Below the pieces are notes generated by a model. It was not told the DNA's origin. It saw only the letters and a list, made by a program, of their open reading frames with translations, and ran no database searches. A stretch of 64,000 nucleotides of DNA from Planctomycetota bacterium (GTDB lineage: Bacteria > Planctomycetota > UBA11346): contig JBBQSO010000009.1 of assembly GCA_038213805.1 (NCBI GenBank), forward strand, positions 31,663 through 95,662, given 5' to 3'. This document shows, piece by piece, positions 19,901 through 28,029 of the stretch. Numbering within the stretch: the stretch's first letter is position 1; every line of letters starts with the position of its first letter. A program made the translations under genes and the position numbers.

Positions 19901-21393
19901 TCATCGCTGAGATGCTCGGGGGCGAGGTAGTACTCGGTCGCGGCGCTCGCGCCGGAAAGTTCACGCACCAGGTAGCGGTGGTTCTTGGGCACCGCCAACT
20001 CGTCGAGCAGGACGTTGCCCTCAGGGCTGACCAGCACCACCTCGGGACGCAGCCAGCCGTGCACCACGCCGTGGCGCGCGGCCTCCTCCAGGGCGAGGGC
20101 GAGCTGGCGGATGATGCCCATGGCGTGCGGCGGGGCGAGCGCGCGGCGGCGAGCGAGGATGTGCCCGAGCGGCTCGTAGTCGGCGGGATCGGTGCTGAAC
20201 AACGCCGCGGCGTCGCGCGTCGGCTGGAGCGCGGCGAGGGGCAGGATGTAGGGATGCTTGACCTGGCTGGCGAGGCGCACGTGCGGCTCGAGCGCCTGCT
20301 GATAGCCGGGTTGGCGCATCAGCGCGGTGTTGAGGGTCAGGGCGCGCAGATTGCGGCCGGTGGCGCGCTCGCGCACGCGCGCGCGGCGGCCCTGCACGCT
20401 CTCGTCGAGGGGCGCGATCAGGTCGAAGCCGGGCACCTCGAAGGGCACCACGCTGCTGACTTGCGGCGGCAGCTGCGCCTGCGCGCCGCGAGCGGCACCG
20501 AGCGCCCCCGTGCCGCCGGCCGGGTCGGGGATCGCCTGCATGCCGTAGGCGCTTTCGTCGCGCAACTTCTCGCCGATGGTCGCGCGCGGGCCCGAGCCGC
20601 CGCCGACGGCGGCGGGCGCCGGAGCGCGCGTCAGACCGCGCTCGGTGTCGAGGACCTCGAGCGCCGAGCCGCACACACCACAGGCGTAGACCATGCCGAC
20701 CGCGGCGTTGCCGATCTCGAGCATGGCCTGGCAGCGGTAGCACGAGATCAGCCAGCTGCCGGAGCGTGCCGCCACCGGCTCCTGGTCGGGGATCGCCGCC
20801 TGCGGCACGCCGGAATCGCTGCGCCGCGCGCGCTCGAGCGCGAGATCGGAGACCACGCGCATGGTCTCCATCACGCCCTGGCCGTCGATCGCCACCGCCG
20901 CCACGCTCGGCCAGCCGCGCACGTTCATCAGCGGCTCGAGCTGCTCGGGCCTGAGCGCGGTCGGCAGGTCCTGCTTGTTGTACTGCATCACCACCGGGAT
21001 GTCGTCGGCCAGCGCATGATGGCGCAGGTTGCCGAGCATCTCGTTCATCGCTTCGATGTTCTCGTCGAGCGCCTCGCGGCGGCTGTCGGCGACAAACACC
21101 ACGGCGTCGGCGCCGGCCCGCACCGCGCGGCGCGTGGCGGCGTAGTAGCTCTGCCCGGGCACGGTGTAGAAGTCGAAGCGCACCTGGTGGCCGCGCACCT
21201 CGCCCATCTCGACGGCGAGTAGGTCGAAGCGCAGGGTGCGCTCGGAATGGGTGTCGACCATCACCAGATCGCCCGCGGCCTGGCTCGGCACGCGATCGTG
21301 GATCACCGTCAGGTTGGTGGTCTTGCCCGCCATGCCGGGGCCGTAATAGACCACCTTGAGCACGACTTCACAGGCGGGACCATCGATGCGCAT
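16960..21393 (-). CDS. Fusion protein: MglA-type small GTPase + Zn ribbon + Ser/Thr pseudokinase + TM + large extracytoplasmic region
   Basis: KVVYYGPGMAGKTTNL, ERTL, YTVPGQ, VFVADS, QYNKQDL (MglA); CYRC...CGVC; kinase fold with HPYIL, HGWLRPEVV, YLAPE, DIFMLG; TM IIVLVVVAVLLIGGAVGFYVL. Confidence 0.85.
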   Translation of the reverse strand: MRIDGPACEVVLKVVYYGPGMAGKTTNLTVIHDRVPSQAAGDLVMVDTHSERTLRFDLLAVEMGEVRGHQVRFDFYTVPGQSYYAATRRAVRAGADAVVFVADSRREALDENIEAMNEMLGNLRHHALADDIPVVMQYNKQDLPTALRPEQLEPLMNVRGWPSVAAVAIDGQGVMETMRVVSDLALERARRSDSGVPQAAIPDQEPVAARSGSWLISCYRCQAMLEIGNAAVGMVYACGVCGSALEVLDTERGLTRAPAPAAVGGGSGPRATIGEKLRDESAYGMQAIPDPAGGTGALGAARGAQAQLPPQVSSVVPFEVPGFDLIAPLDESVQGRRARVRERATGRNLRALTLNTALMRQPGYQQALEPHVRLASQVKHPYILPLAALQPTRDAAALFSTDPADYEPLGHILARRRALAPPHAMGIIRQLALALEEAARHGVVHGWLRPEVVLVSPEGNVLLDELAVPKNHRYLVRELSGASAATEYYLAPEHLSDEIRSDVRADIFMLGALLFRMMTGEGLVTGYNAHEALHKVVANGARSLRSVQGGVSRDLDLFFQKLVAAERKDRFQGYREVIDTLDRFGGGAKRQTLRLTSNISNPAPGSASIRRSGTVTGPIPRMGGTATGPIPRIGTSSMNRTGTGTGTARRGSRTASGEVTTSRRKEPESSTGIIVLVVVAVLLIGGAVGFYVLNPVKVATRPTLAPLEPMPEKAKSPQLAPAPVAAPTVDKPKPPGKGAFSALAPGAAAGPDKPAAPAVAAVPTATVPAGVDGSIGGTTAPEPVAVKRVTSEERVQVILEIGSLERSEHFAEALAKCDTLPTEEDSKNVAERVRANHDLRRQAVEKEAAAGTDPVLIGALLTPPQTYWGFPGDAAWAKGLATEAEKRLGRPVTLAPAGGGEATKDPAVAAVPSPAAVPSVPAALPEPAKPDLQRIVQIDSQVTAALLVNNQNLVQQQLTTLPDGAPESAAIKHKVVLWNNRGDVLARIISEHPPAKLRVRHPTTAELWDVTGATAAGVTITSPNDSRTELTWPQVAIKDVAELFRAAAAVPAAKGDDHALATIMLLAAGDPDLAGVQLRKAKGVLAPEVGSELEILISLERQRDVNDSVAKGNEALRLGNAKGMQDAFEALRKVDKVQFPQAVEPMARFETALKNLAPARAGEPAVASSKDNVTFDMPDDLAKGFPERSSNWQVSKGLLGNLGDNAWLERRDMASAKAVSIVYQIAANRGGMVVNFRSVQVILDFSANTYEVKTKTESRKAKPFPFTPKISNFLRIDARDNGTIGVDLNNGRETAEVRATDLLPVLHFGTNAGAMVQFDEIAISRGYVAVAGSVAPAGASAGKADAFAALNLVPFGKATLEENTVVLPSGAPDSLSGIGMPIREGMIGANFEAKGSGKLRIQLGQASDRTSGTWIDLDLVSAYTEYRVVWKDTALTVTDRTGNAIVTQKIELGPRTHLLITALADAKLKSPPKPTYP

Positions 21394-21420
21394 TGCGACC
21401 TCCGGACGGGACGGCTGAAA

Positions 21421-22044
21421 TCACACCACCGCCCGCGCACGATCGGCGGCGGGGGATGGCTTGGGTTTCACGAAAGAACGCAGGGCGAGCACGGCGAAGC
21501 CGCTGCAGATGCCGGCATCGGCGATGTTGAAGGTCGGCCAGACGTAATCGATGCCGACACCCTGAAGGTCGACACGGATGAAGTCGCGCACCCCGCCGAG
21601 GGCGTGCAGGCGGGCCAGGGCGCGATCGATGCCGTTGCCGAGCGCGCCACCGAGGATCGCGCCGAAGGCGAGGTTCTCCCACCGCCCCACCAGGCGGAAG
21701 TAGCGCCACCAGATCCAGCCGAGCAGCGGGATGAGCAGCGCGGTGACCACCGCGACCAGGCCGGGGAAGCTGCCGGCCATGCCCCAGGCCACGCCCGGGT
21801 TGTAGGAGCGGTCGATCCAGCCCGGCATGCCGCTGACCGGCCCGGGGATGGCGGCGTTGAAGCGCGGCGTCTGCACCGGCAGCGCGAACAGCCACAGCTT
21901 GGTGAGCTGGTCGAGGAGCAACACCAGCGCCAGCGCCGGCACGAACCAGCGGCGCCAGGCCAGGAAGACGCTGATGGTCGAAGTCCCCCGCCGCGGTGGA
22001 GCGGGGGGGTCGGCGGCCAGGGTAGAGGAGCGGGATGAGGGCAT
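21421..22044 (-). CDS. lspA: Lipoprotein signal peptidase II
   Basis: LDQLTK, YNPGVAWG, GGALGNGIDR, VRDFI, PTFNIAD. Confidence 0.93.
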   Translation of the reverse strand: MPSSRSSTLAADPPAPPRRGTSTISVFLAWRRWFVPALALVLLLDQLTKLWLFALPVQTPRFNAAIPGPVSGMPGWIDRSYNPGVAWGMAGSFPGLVAVVTALLIPLLGWIWWRYFRLVGRWENLAFGAILGGALGNGIDRALARLHALGGVRDFIRVDLQGVGIDYVWPTFNIADAGICSGFAVLALRSFVKPKPSPAADRARAVV

Positions 22045-22237
22045 GGCGACCTGGAACGGATGCAGCAGACCAGAAGCGGGGCGCGGGCGCAGGCGGGAAA
22101 TGGCGCTGGGCAGAGCGCGCCCCACGCTCCATCACACTACCTTCCTCAGCAGACGGCCGCAAGCAACAGAGATGGTCGATGGCCGTCTTGCATCCCCTGG
22201 CACACGGCGAGGATACGCTACCCGCCAAGGATTCCGC

Positions 22238-23419
22238 ATGGCCGACTCCGCACCCTCCTCCAGCGTCGAGAACCCCTACCTGGTGCAGAACTACAACCGC
22301 AACGCCGTGCGCTTCGTGCGCGGTTCCGGCTGTCATCTGGAGGACGATCGGGGCAAGCGTTACCTGGACGCCTTCGCCGGCGTGGCGGTGAGCGCCCTGG
22401 GGCACGGCCACCCGCGCCTCGCCCAGGTCATCGCCGACCAGGCGCGGACCCTGATCCACACCTCCAACCACTACTGCATCGGGCGGCAGGAAGAGCTAGC
22501 GAAGCTGATCGTGACCAGCGCCTTCCCCGGACGCGTGCTGTTTTGCAACAGCGGCACCGAGGCCAACGAGATCGCCTACAAGGCCGCCCGGCTGTGGGGC
22601 AACCTGCTGCACGGCGGGCGCAAGACGCGCATGCTGGCGTTCACCAACAGCTTCCATGGTCGCACCCTGGGCGCCCTGAGCATCACCCAGACTCCGGCCT
22701 ACCGCGAGCCTTTCGCCCCCCTGCCGCCGGCCGAGTTCCTGCCCTTCGGCGATCTCGCCGCCTGTGAGCAGGCCATTGGCGACGACGTCGCCGCGGTCTT
22801 CATCGAACCCATTCAGGGCGAGGCCGGGGTCTTCGTGCCGCCCGCCGGCCACCTCGCCGCGCTGCGTGCGCTGTGCACCCGTCACGGCGCCCTGCTGGTG
22901 TTCGACGAGATCCAGACCGGGGTCGGCCGCACCGGCCGCATGTTCGCCTATCAGCATGACGGGGTGATTCCCGATATCATGAGCATGGCCAAGGGCTTGG
23001 GTGGTGGCGTCCCGATCGGGGCCTCGCTCATGAGCGAGGCCGTGGCGGCGCTTTTCAAGCCCGGCATGCACGGCACCACCTTCGGCGGCAACCAACTCGC
23101 CTGCGCCGCGGGCGTGGCCGTGCTGGAAGAGGTCGCCGCCCCCGGCTTCCTCGCCAACGTGGTGGCGCGCAGCGAGCAGCTCCAGGCCGGCCTGCGCGCG
23201 CGCTTCGGTGCCGCCGCGGTGCGCGGCCGGGGCCTGCTGCTTGGCGTCCAGCTCACCCAGGCTCCCGGCCCGCTGGTCAAGGCGGCCCTCGACGCCGGTC
23301 TGGTGGTCGGTCCAGCGGGCAACAACACCCTGCGCATCGCGCCGCCGCTGGTCATCACCGCCGCCGAGGTCGACGACCTGCTGACCCGCCTCGATGTGGC
23401 CCGCGCCGCGCTCGGCTGA
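22238..23419 (+). CDS. argD: Acetylornithine aminotransferase (class III PLP enzyme)
   Basis: YLDAFAGVAV, NSGTEANE, SFHGRT, EPIQGEAG, DEIQTG, AKGLGGG, HGTTFGGN. Confidence 0.88.
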   Translation: MADSAPSSSVENPYLVQNYNRNAVRFVRGSGCHLEDDRGKRYLDAFAGVAVSALGHGHPRLAQVIADQARTLIHTSNHYCIGRQEELAKLIVTSAFPGRVLFCNSGTEANEIAYKAARLWGNLLHGGRKTRMLAFTNSFHGRTLGALSITQTPAYREPFAPLPPAEFLPFGDLAACEQAIGDDVAAVFIEPIQGEAGVFVPPAGHLAALRALCTRHGALLVFDEIQTGVGRTGRMFAYQHDGVIPDIMSMAKGLGGGVPIGASLMSEAVAALFKPGMHGTTFGGNQLACAAGVAVLEEVAAPGFLANVVARSEQLQAGLRARFGAAAVRGRGLLLGVQLTQAPGPLVKAALDAGLVVGPAGNNTLRIAPPLVITAAEVDDLLTRLDVARAALG

Positions 23420-23618
23420 AGGCGCCCGGAACGGCGAGCCCCAGCTCGCCTCCGCGGTCATCGTCACCGTGCCGGTTGTTCGGCGCCGGTAGGGCAGATG
23501 TCGCCAGACGCGCTGGGGTGCGCCGCTCCCGGCGCCTGGTGCCGAGTCCGTAGCGCCTCCCCTGGTTGACCCCCGATCCCGGACGGCTACGGTCTTGGCC
23601 CATTTTCAAGGACTGCCC

Positions 23619-24896
23619 ATGCCCACCGCCACTCTTCCCCGCTCCGCCCAGGCCCTGGTCGGCACCCAGCGCCCGACCCTGGCGCAGGTCCGCCTGCTGC
23701 GGCGCGTCGCCATCCAGGATGTCGAAGAGACGAAGAAGCTGAGCGCCGCCCTCCAGGACGGCCTGGGTGCGCTCAAGGACGATGCCAAGGTGCGCAAGGG
23801 CATCCTCAGCCTCGCCCTGGGCCACTTCAGCGATGCGGAAGAGGCCTTCTCCGGCACTGACGCCTACAGCCAGGCGCTGCTCGGGCTGGTCTACCACGAG
23901 CTCGGCGAGCACGCCGACGCCAAGGTCCACCTCGCCGCCGCCGCCAAGGGCCTGCCCGAGGCCAAGGCCGAACTGGTCCGCACCCTGCTCGACGGCGGCC
24001 AGATCGAGGACGCCGAGAAGGCCCTCGCCAACGTCACCGATGGCGCCGACCGCGAATTCCTCGCCGGCCGCCTGCAGGACGCCAAGGGCAACGTCGAGGC
24101 CGCCATCAACGCCTACGAGGCCGCCCTCGAGAAGGACCCGGAGCACGTCGAAGCGGCGTTCAAGCTCGGCGTCCTGCTCGACCGCATCGGCGATGACGAC
24201 ATGGCCGTCGAGTACTACCTGGTGTGCGCCGACGTCGCGCCCCACTACCTCGCGGGCGTGACCAACCTGGGCATCTTGTATGAGGAGCGCGGCGAGTCGA
24301 ACGCCGCCATCGACTGCTTCCGCCAGGTGCTGGCCTACAACCCGCGCGACCGCCGCGCGCTGATGCTGCTGCGCGATGCCAAGTCGAGCCGCACCATGTA
24401 CTACGACGAGCGCGAAGAGCGCGAGCGCGAGCGCATGGAGAAGATCATGCGCACGCCGGTCAACGATTTCGAGTTGTCGGTGCGCAGCCGCAACTGCCTG
24501 GCCAAGATGAACATCTTCACCCTCGGCGACCTGCTCAAGATCACCGAGCAGGAGATGCTGTCGTACAAGAACTTCGGCGAGACCTCGCTGAAGGAAGTGA
24601 AGGAGATGCTCGCAGCGCGCAATCTGCGCCTGGGCATGTTCCGCGACGGCGACGAGCGCTCGATCTCGAAGGCCGACCAGAAGATCCTCGGCGAGAGCGT
24701 CGAGAAGCTCGAGCTGTCGACGCGCACGCAGCAGGTGCTCGAGAACCTCGGCGTCTCGCGCATCGGCGACCTCGCCCAGTACACCGACCTCGACCTCTAT
24801 AAGGCCGCCGGTTCGGGCCAGAGCGTGGTCCAGGAGCTGTCGACCGCGCTCGGCGCCTTCGGCGTCAGCCTGCCGCGTCCCGAGATCAAGCTCTAG
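23619..24896 (+). CDS. TPR protein with two tandem RNA polymerase alpha C-terminal domains
   Basis: TPR helices, then FELSVRSRNCLAKMNIFTLGDLL...KNFGETSLKEVKE and a second diverged copy LELSTRTQQVLENLGVSRIGDL; no alpha-NTD. Confidence 0.9.
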   Translation: MPTATLPRSAQALVGTQRPTLAQVRLLRRVAIQDVEETKKLSAALQDGLGALKDDAKVRKGILSLALGHFSDAEEAFSGTDAYSQALLGLVYHELGEHADAKVHLAAAAKGLPEAKAELVRTLLDGGQIEDAEKALANVTDGADREFLAGRLQDAKGNVEAAINAYEAALEKDPEHVEAAFKLGVLLDRIGDDDMAVEYYLVCADVAPHYLAGVTNLGILYEERGESNAAIDCFRQVLAYNPRDRRALMLLRDAKSSRTMYYDEREERERERMEKIMRTPVNDFELSVRSRNCLAKMNIFTLGDLLKITEQEMLSYKNFGETSLKEVKEMLAARNLRLGMFRDGDERSISKADQKILGESVEKLELSTRTQQVLENLGVSRIGDLAQYTDLDLYKAAGSGQSVVQELSTALGAFGVSLPRPEIKL

Positions 24897-24905
24897 AGAG
24901 TAGAG

Positions 24906-24940
24906 AGTCCGGAAGTCCGGGGTCCGGAAGTCCGGAAGTC
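24906..24940. repeat. Tandem octamer (AGTCCGGA), about 4 units
   Basis: Read directly just after the stop of the alpha-CTD gene; reverse complement of the CTTCCGGA family. Confidence 0.9.
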
Positions 24941-24966
24941 GACAGCCCCGTAGCCGCTGTATCCCG

Positions 24967-25000
24967 AGCATGCCCGCCGTTCCGGTGGGCATGCTTTTTT
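24967..25000 (+). terminator. Rho-independent terminator
   Basis: AGCATGCCCGCCG-TTC-CGGTGGGCATGCT followed by a T run. Confidence 0.85.
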
Positions 25001-25241
25001 GATTCTGCCCACCAGGGTGGGGACCCCGGGTGGCGATTCCTCCACGGCGCACCGAACGAGCCACGGCAGCTCGACAACACCTCGAGTCTCGGGCCAACGT
25101 GCGCCATCCGACTAGGCGATTCCCCACTGCCAGTCGCAGCCGGACCTCGCATGGCAGTGTGATACGGGACTCCCGTGCGACTCCCGTGGGAGTACGGGAA
25201 TTCTCTTGGTCGATCCTGCCGCAATGGGTTACAGTACCCCC

Positions 25242-26681
25242 ATGCAACAGCTGTACGAGCTGAACGTGCGCACCTGGCGCACGGAGCGCTCCCGGCAGCT
25301 GGGTCGCGTGGCCACCCTGGACGATCTTGGCCACGACCAGCTCGACCAGTTCGTCGAGGATGGCTTCACCTGGTTGTACCTGGTCGGGGTGTGGTCGATC
25401 GGGCCCCTCAGCCGCGCCACCTCGCTGCAGGATCCGCAGCTGCGCCAGTACCTTGCTGGGATCCTGCCTGATCTGAGCGACGACGACATCTGCGGCTCGC
25501 TGTTCGCACCCGAAGCCTACCGCGTCTCGTCGTGTCTGGGCGGCGACGAGGCGCTGGCGCGGCTGCGCGAACGCGCGCGCGCTTCTGGACTGTCGCTGAT
25601 GCTGGACTTCATCCCCAACCACGTCGGGCTCGACCATCCCTGGGTGCAGGAGCACCCCGAGTACTGCATCCTCGGCGACGAGGCCGCGCTGCGCGCCGAA
25701 CCCAACGCCTTCGCGCGCGTCGGCACGCGCATCGTCGCGCACGGCCGCGATCCGTTCTTCGCGCCCTGGCGGCACACGGTGCAGCTCGACCACGGCAATC
25801 CGCGTCTGCAGGACGAGCTCATCCGCACCGCCTCGGACATCGCCGGGCGCTGCGACGGGCTGCGCTGCGACGTCGCGATGCTGCTGCTGCCCGACGTCTT
25901 CGGCAACACCTGGAAGCGCGCCATGCAGCCGTTCTGGCGGAGCTGCCTCGACCGCGTGCGCGCCGAGCACCCCGGCACGCTGTTCATGGCCGAGGTCTAC
26001 TGGAACCGCGAGTACGAGCTGCAACAGGCCGGCTTCGACTTCACCTACGACAAGATCCTCTACGACCGTCTGCTGTCCGGCGACGCCGAGTCGGTGCGCG
26101 CGCACCTGCGCGCCGCGCTCGACTACCAGAACCACTGCGTGCGCTTCCTCGAGAACCACGAGGAGCAGCGCGCCGCCGCGCGCTTCAGCTACCCCGACCA
26201 TCACCGCGGCGCGCTGCTGCTCACCGGCATGGTGCCGGGCATGCTGCTCTGCCACGAGGGCCAGGAAGACGGCCGCCTGGTGCACAACTCGATGCACGCC
26301 TGCCGGCGCGCGCAGGAGGACGGCTCGGCCCCGCACCGCGCCGCCTACCGCGAGCTGCTGCGTCTGCTCAGCGAGCCAGCCCGCCACCACGGCGCCTGGG
26401 AGCTGCTCGAGCCCTTCGACCAGCGCGGCGCCAACCTCATCGGCTGCCTGTGGACGCTGCCCGCCCACCACGCGCTGCTGCTGGTCGTCAACGCCAGCTG
26501 GCAGCCCAGCGCCGGCGCCCTCGCGCCCGGCCCCTTCGCGCAGCGCGACTGCCAGTTCCAGGACTTCCTGAGCGGCGGCGCGACGCGCCTGATCAAAGGT
26601 GAGCAGCTGCGCCACGACGGCATCCCGGTGGACCTGCCGCCGTGGGGCGCGGTGGCGTACCGGATCATGCCGCTGCGCTGA
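25242..26681 (+). CDS. Alpha-amylase family (GH13) glycoside hydrolase
   Basis: LMLDFIPNH, DGLRCDVA, FMAEVY, FLENHE (canonical NHD). Confidence 0.85.
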   Translation: MQQLYELNVRTWRTERSRQLGRVATLDDLGHDQLDQFVEDGFTWLYLVGVWSIGPLSRATSLQDPQLRQYLAGILPDLSDDDICGSLFAPEAYRVSSCLGGDEALARLRERARASGLSLMLDFIPNHVGLDHPWVQEHPEYCILGDEAALRAEPNAFARVGTRIVAHGRDPFFAPWRHTVQLDHGNPRLQDELIRTASDIAGRCDGLRCDVAMLLLPDVFGNTWKRAMQPFWRSCLDRVRAEHPGTLFMAEVYWNREYELQQAGFDFTYDKILYDRLLSGDAESVRAHLRAALDYQNHCVRFLENHEEQRAAARFSYPDHHRGALLLTGMVPGMLLCHEGQEDGRLVHNSMHACRRAQEDGSAPHRAAYRELLRLLSEPARHHGAWELLEPFDQRGANLIGCLWTLPAHHALLLVVNASWQPSAGALAPGPFAQRDCQFQDFLSGGATRLIKGEQLRHDGIPVDLPPWGAVAYRIMPLR

Positions 26682-26707
26682 ATGCGGATCTCGCGGGACG
26701 CCTGATC

Positions 26708-26910
26708 GAACAAGGCGCGGAGGCGCAGAGCTCGGAGGAGGGCGACTGGGCCGGGCGCAGCCAGACGCACGCGATCACATCTCCTCGTCCTCACGACCGA
26801 TCGTTCGGCACAGTGGTCGTGCCACTCCGTTAGAGACGTCGAGGGGCCGGTCAGACGCTCCGGAGCCCTTCCCAACTCCTCCGATCTCCGCGCCTCCGCG
26901 GCGCCTGTTC
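26708..26910. repeat. Imperfect inverted repeat (arms 26708-26740 and 26876-26910) between convergent genes
   Basis: GCGCGGAGGCGCAGAGCTCGGAGGAG pairs with CTCCTCCGATCTCCGCGCCTCCGCG. Confidence 0.8.
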
Positions 26911-26924
26911 CATCCCTGCCCTTT

Positions 26925-27959
26925 TCAGCGGCCGTTGACCACGCGCTGCAGCTGCGGCGGGGCGCCGAGGACCGCGACGTGGTCGCCGGCCTTCAGGATG
27001 CGGTCACCCTTCGGGTGGAAGTCGCGCTCCTGGCCGTGGCTGATCAGGACGATGCTGAGGTCGTAGGCCTGCTCGACGGCATCGACGGTGAGCGCGACCA
27101 GCGGGTGGCCGGCGGCGAGGGTGAAGCGCGCGAGGCTCATCGCCTCGCCGTCGACCACCACCGGCGGGGTGATATCGACGTTGGCGGCGACGGCGGCGAA
27201 CAGCGGCGCGGCCATGGCGGTGGCGCTGAAGGCGCGGAAGCCGGACTGGCGGGTGAGGTGCTGGGCGAACTCGTCATCGAAGATGCGGATGACCACCTCG
27301 ATGGTCCCCTTGAGATGGCGGGCCTTGAGTGCGACCTGGAGATTGAGCGCGTCGTCCTGGGTCAGAATCACCACGCTGCGCGCGCGTGCGGCGCCGGCCG
27401 CAGCGAGGGTCGCCTCGACGCGCGCATCGCCCGGGATCACCGGGACCTCAAGGGCGCGGATCTCGTCGAGCATCTCGGGGCGCGGCGCGAGCTCGATGAC
27501 CACGACCTCCTGGCCGAGCTCGTGGAGGTGGCGCACCACGCGCAGGCCGAGGCGGCCGAGGCCGACCAGGATGATGTGGTCGTGATAGGTGGAGGCGACG
27601 GCCATGGCCCACTCCCTGCCGCGGGCGCGGCGGTTGAAGAGCAAGGTGGAGAAATCCGCGAGCCCCTGCGCGAGGATCGCGAAGCCGACCAGCGGCATGA
27701 GGAACCAGAACGCCTGCAGCGGGTAGGCCGCCGGCCAGTCGCCGAACGACTGCAGGAAGGTCAGCGACAACACCAGGTACACCGCCTGGGTGGGCTGCAT
27801 GGCGATGCCGTAGCGGCCCGCCAGCCACCAGTACAGCAGGCCCAGCCCGATGATGGTGCCGCTGAAGACCAGCAGCGGCGCGCGGAACTCGCGCAGCAGC
27901 AGCACCGTGTCCCGCCACAGGGCATGGAGCTTTCTCAGCTGCGGGAAGCGGGCGGGCAT
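26925..27959 (-). CDS. Potassium channel-like protein (2 TM + TrkA/RCK_N + RCK_C)
   Basis: Two hydrophobic segments, HIILVGLGRLG Rossmann motif, GDAR, DDALNL, C-terminal LKAGDHVAVLG. Confidence 0.85.
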   Translation of the reverse strand: MPARFPQLRKLHALWRDTVLLLREFRAPLLVFSGTIIGLGLLYWWLAGRYGIAMQPTQAVYLVLSLTFLQSFGDWPAAYPLQAFWFLMPLVGFAILAQGLADFSTLLFNRRARGREWAMAVASTYHDHIILVGLGRLGLRVVRHLHELGQEVVVIELAPRPEMLDEIRALEVPVIPGDARVEATLAAAGAARARSVVILTQDDALNLQVALKARHLKGTIEVVIRIFDDEFAQHLTRQSGFRAFSATAMAAPLFAAVAANVDITPPVVVDGEAMSLARFTLAAGHPLVALTVDAVEQAYDLSIVLISHGQERDFHPKGDRILKAGDHVAVLGAPPQLQRVVNGR

Positions 27960-28029
27960 CGCCCTGGGGATAGCAGGGTGGGGCGAGGGGCGCAATCGCG
28001 CTCTGGCGCTTCGTGGGGGTCGCGCGCCC

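Noticed and set aside
16948..21222. 1424-aa plus-strand ORF, and similar long ORFs at 23355-26615 (-), 51572-53842 (-) and 57878-60118 (+)
   Set aside because: Antisense shadows of well-supported genes; long stop-free opposite frames are expected at this GC content, and they show no motifs.
16960..21393. Calling the GTPase-kinase fusion a Roco/LRRK protein
   Set aside because: The GTPase motifs are MglA-type, and no COR domain or N-terminal LRRs are recognisable.
23619..24896. rpoA
   Set aside because: It lacks the alpha N-terminal assembly domain and the ribosomal-operon context.
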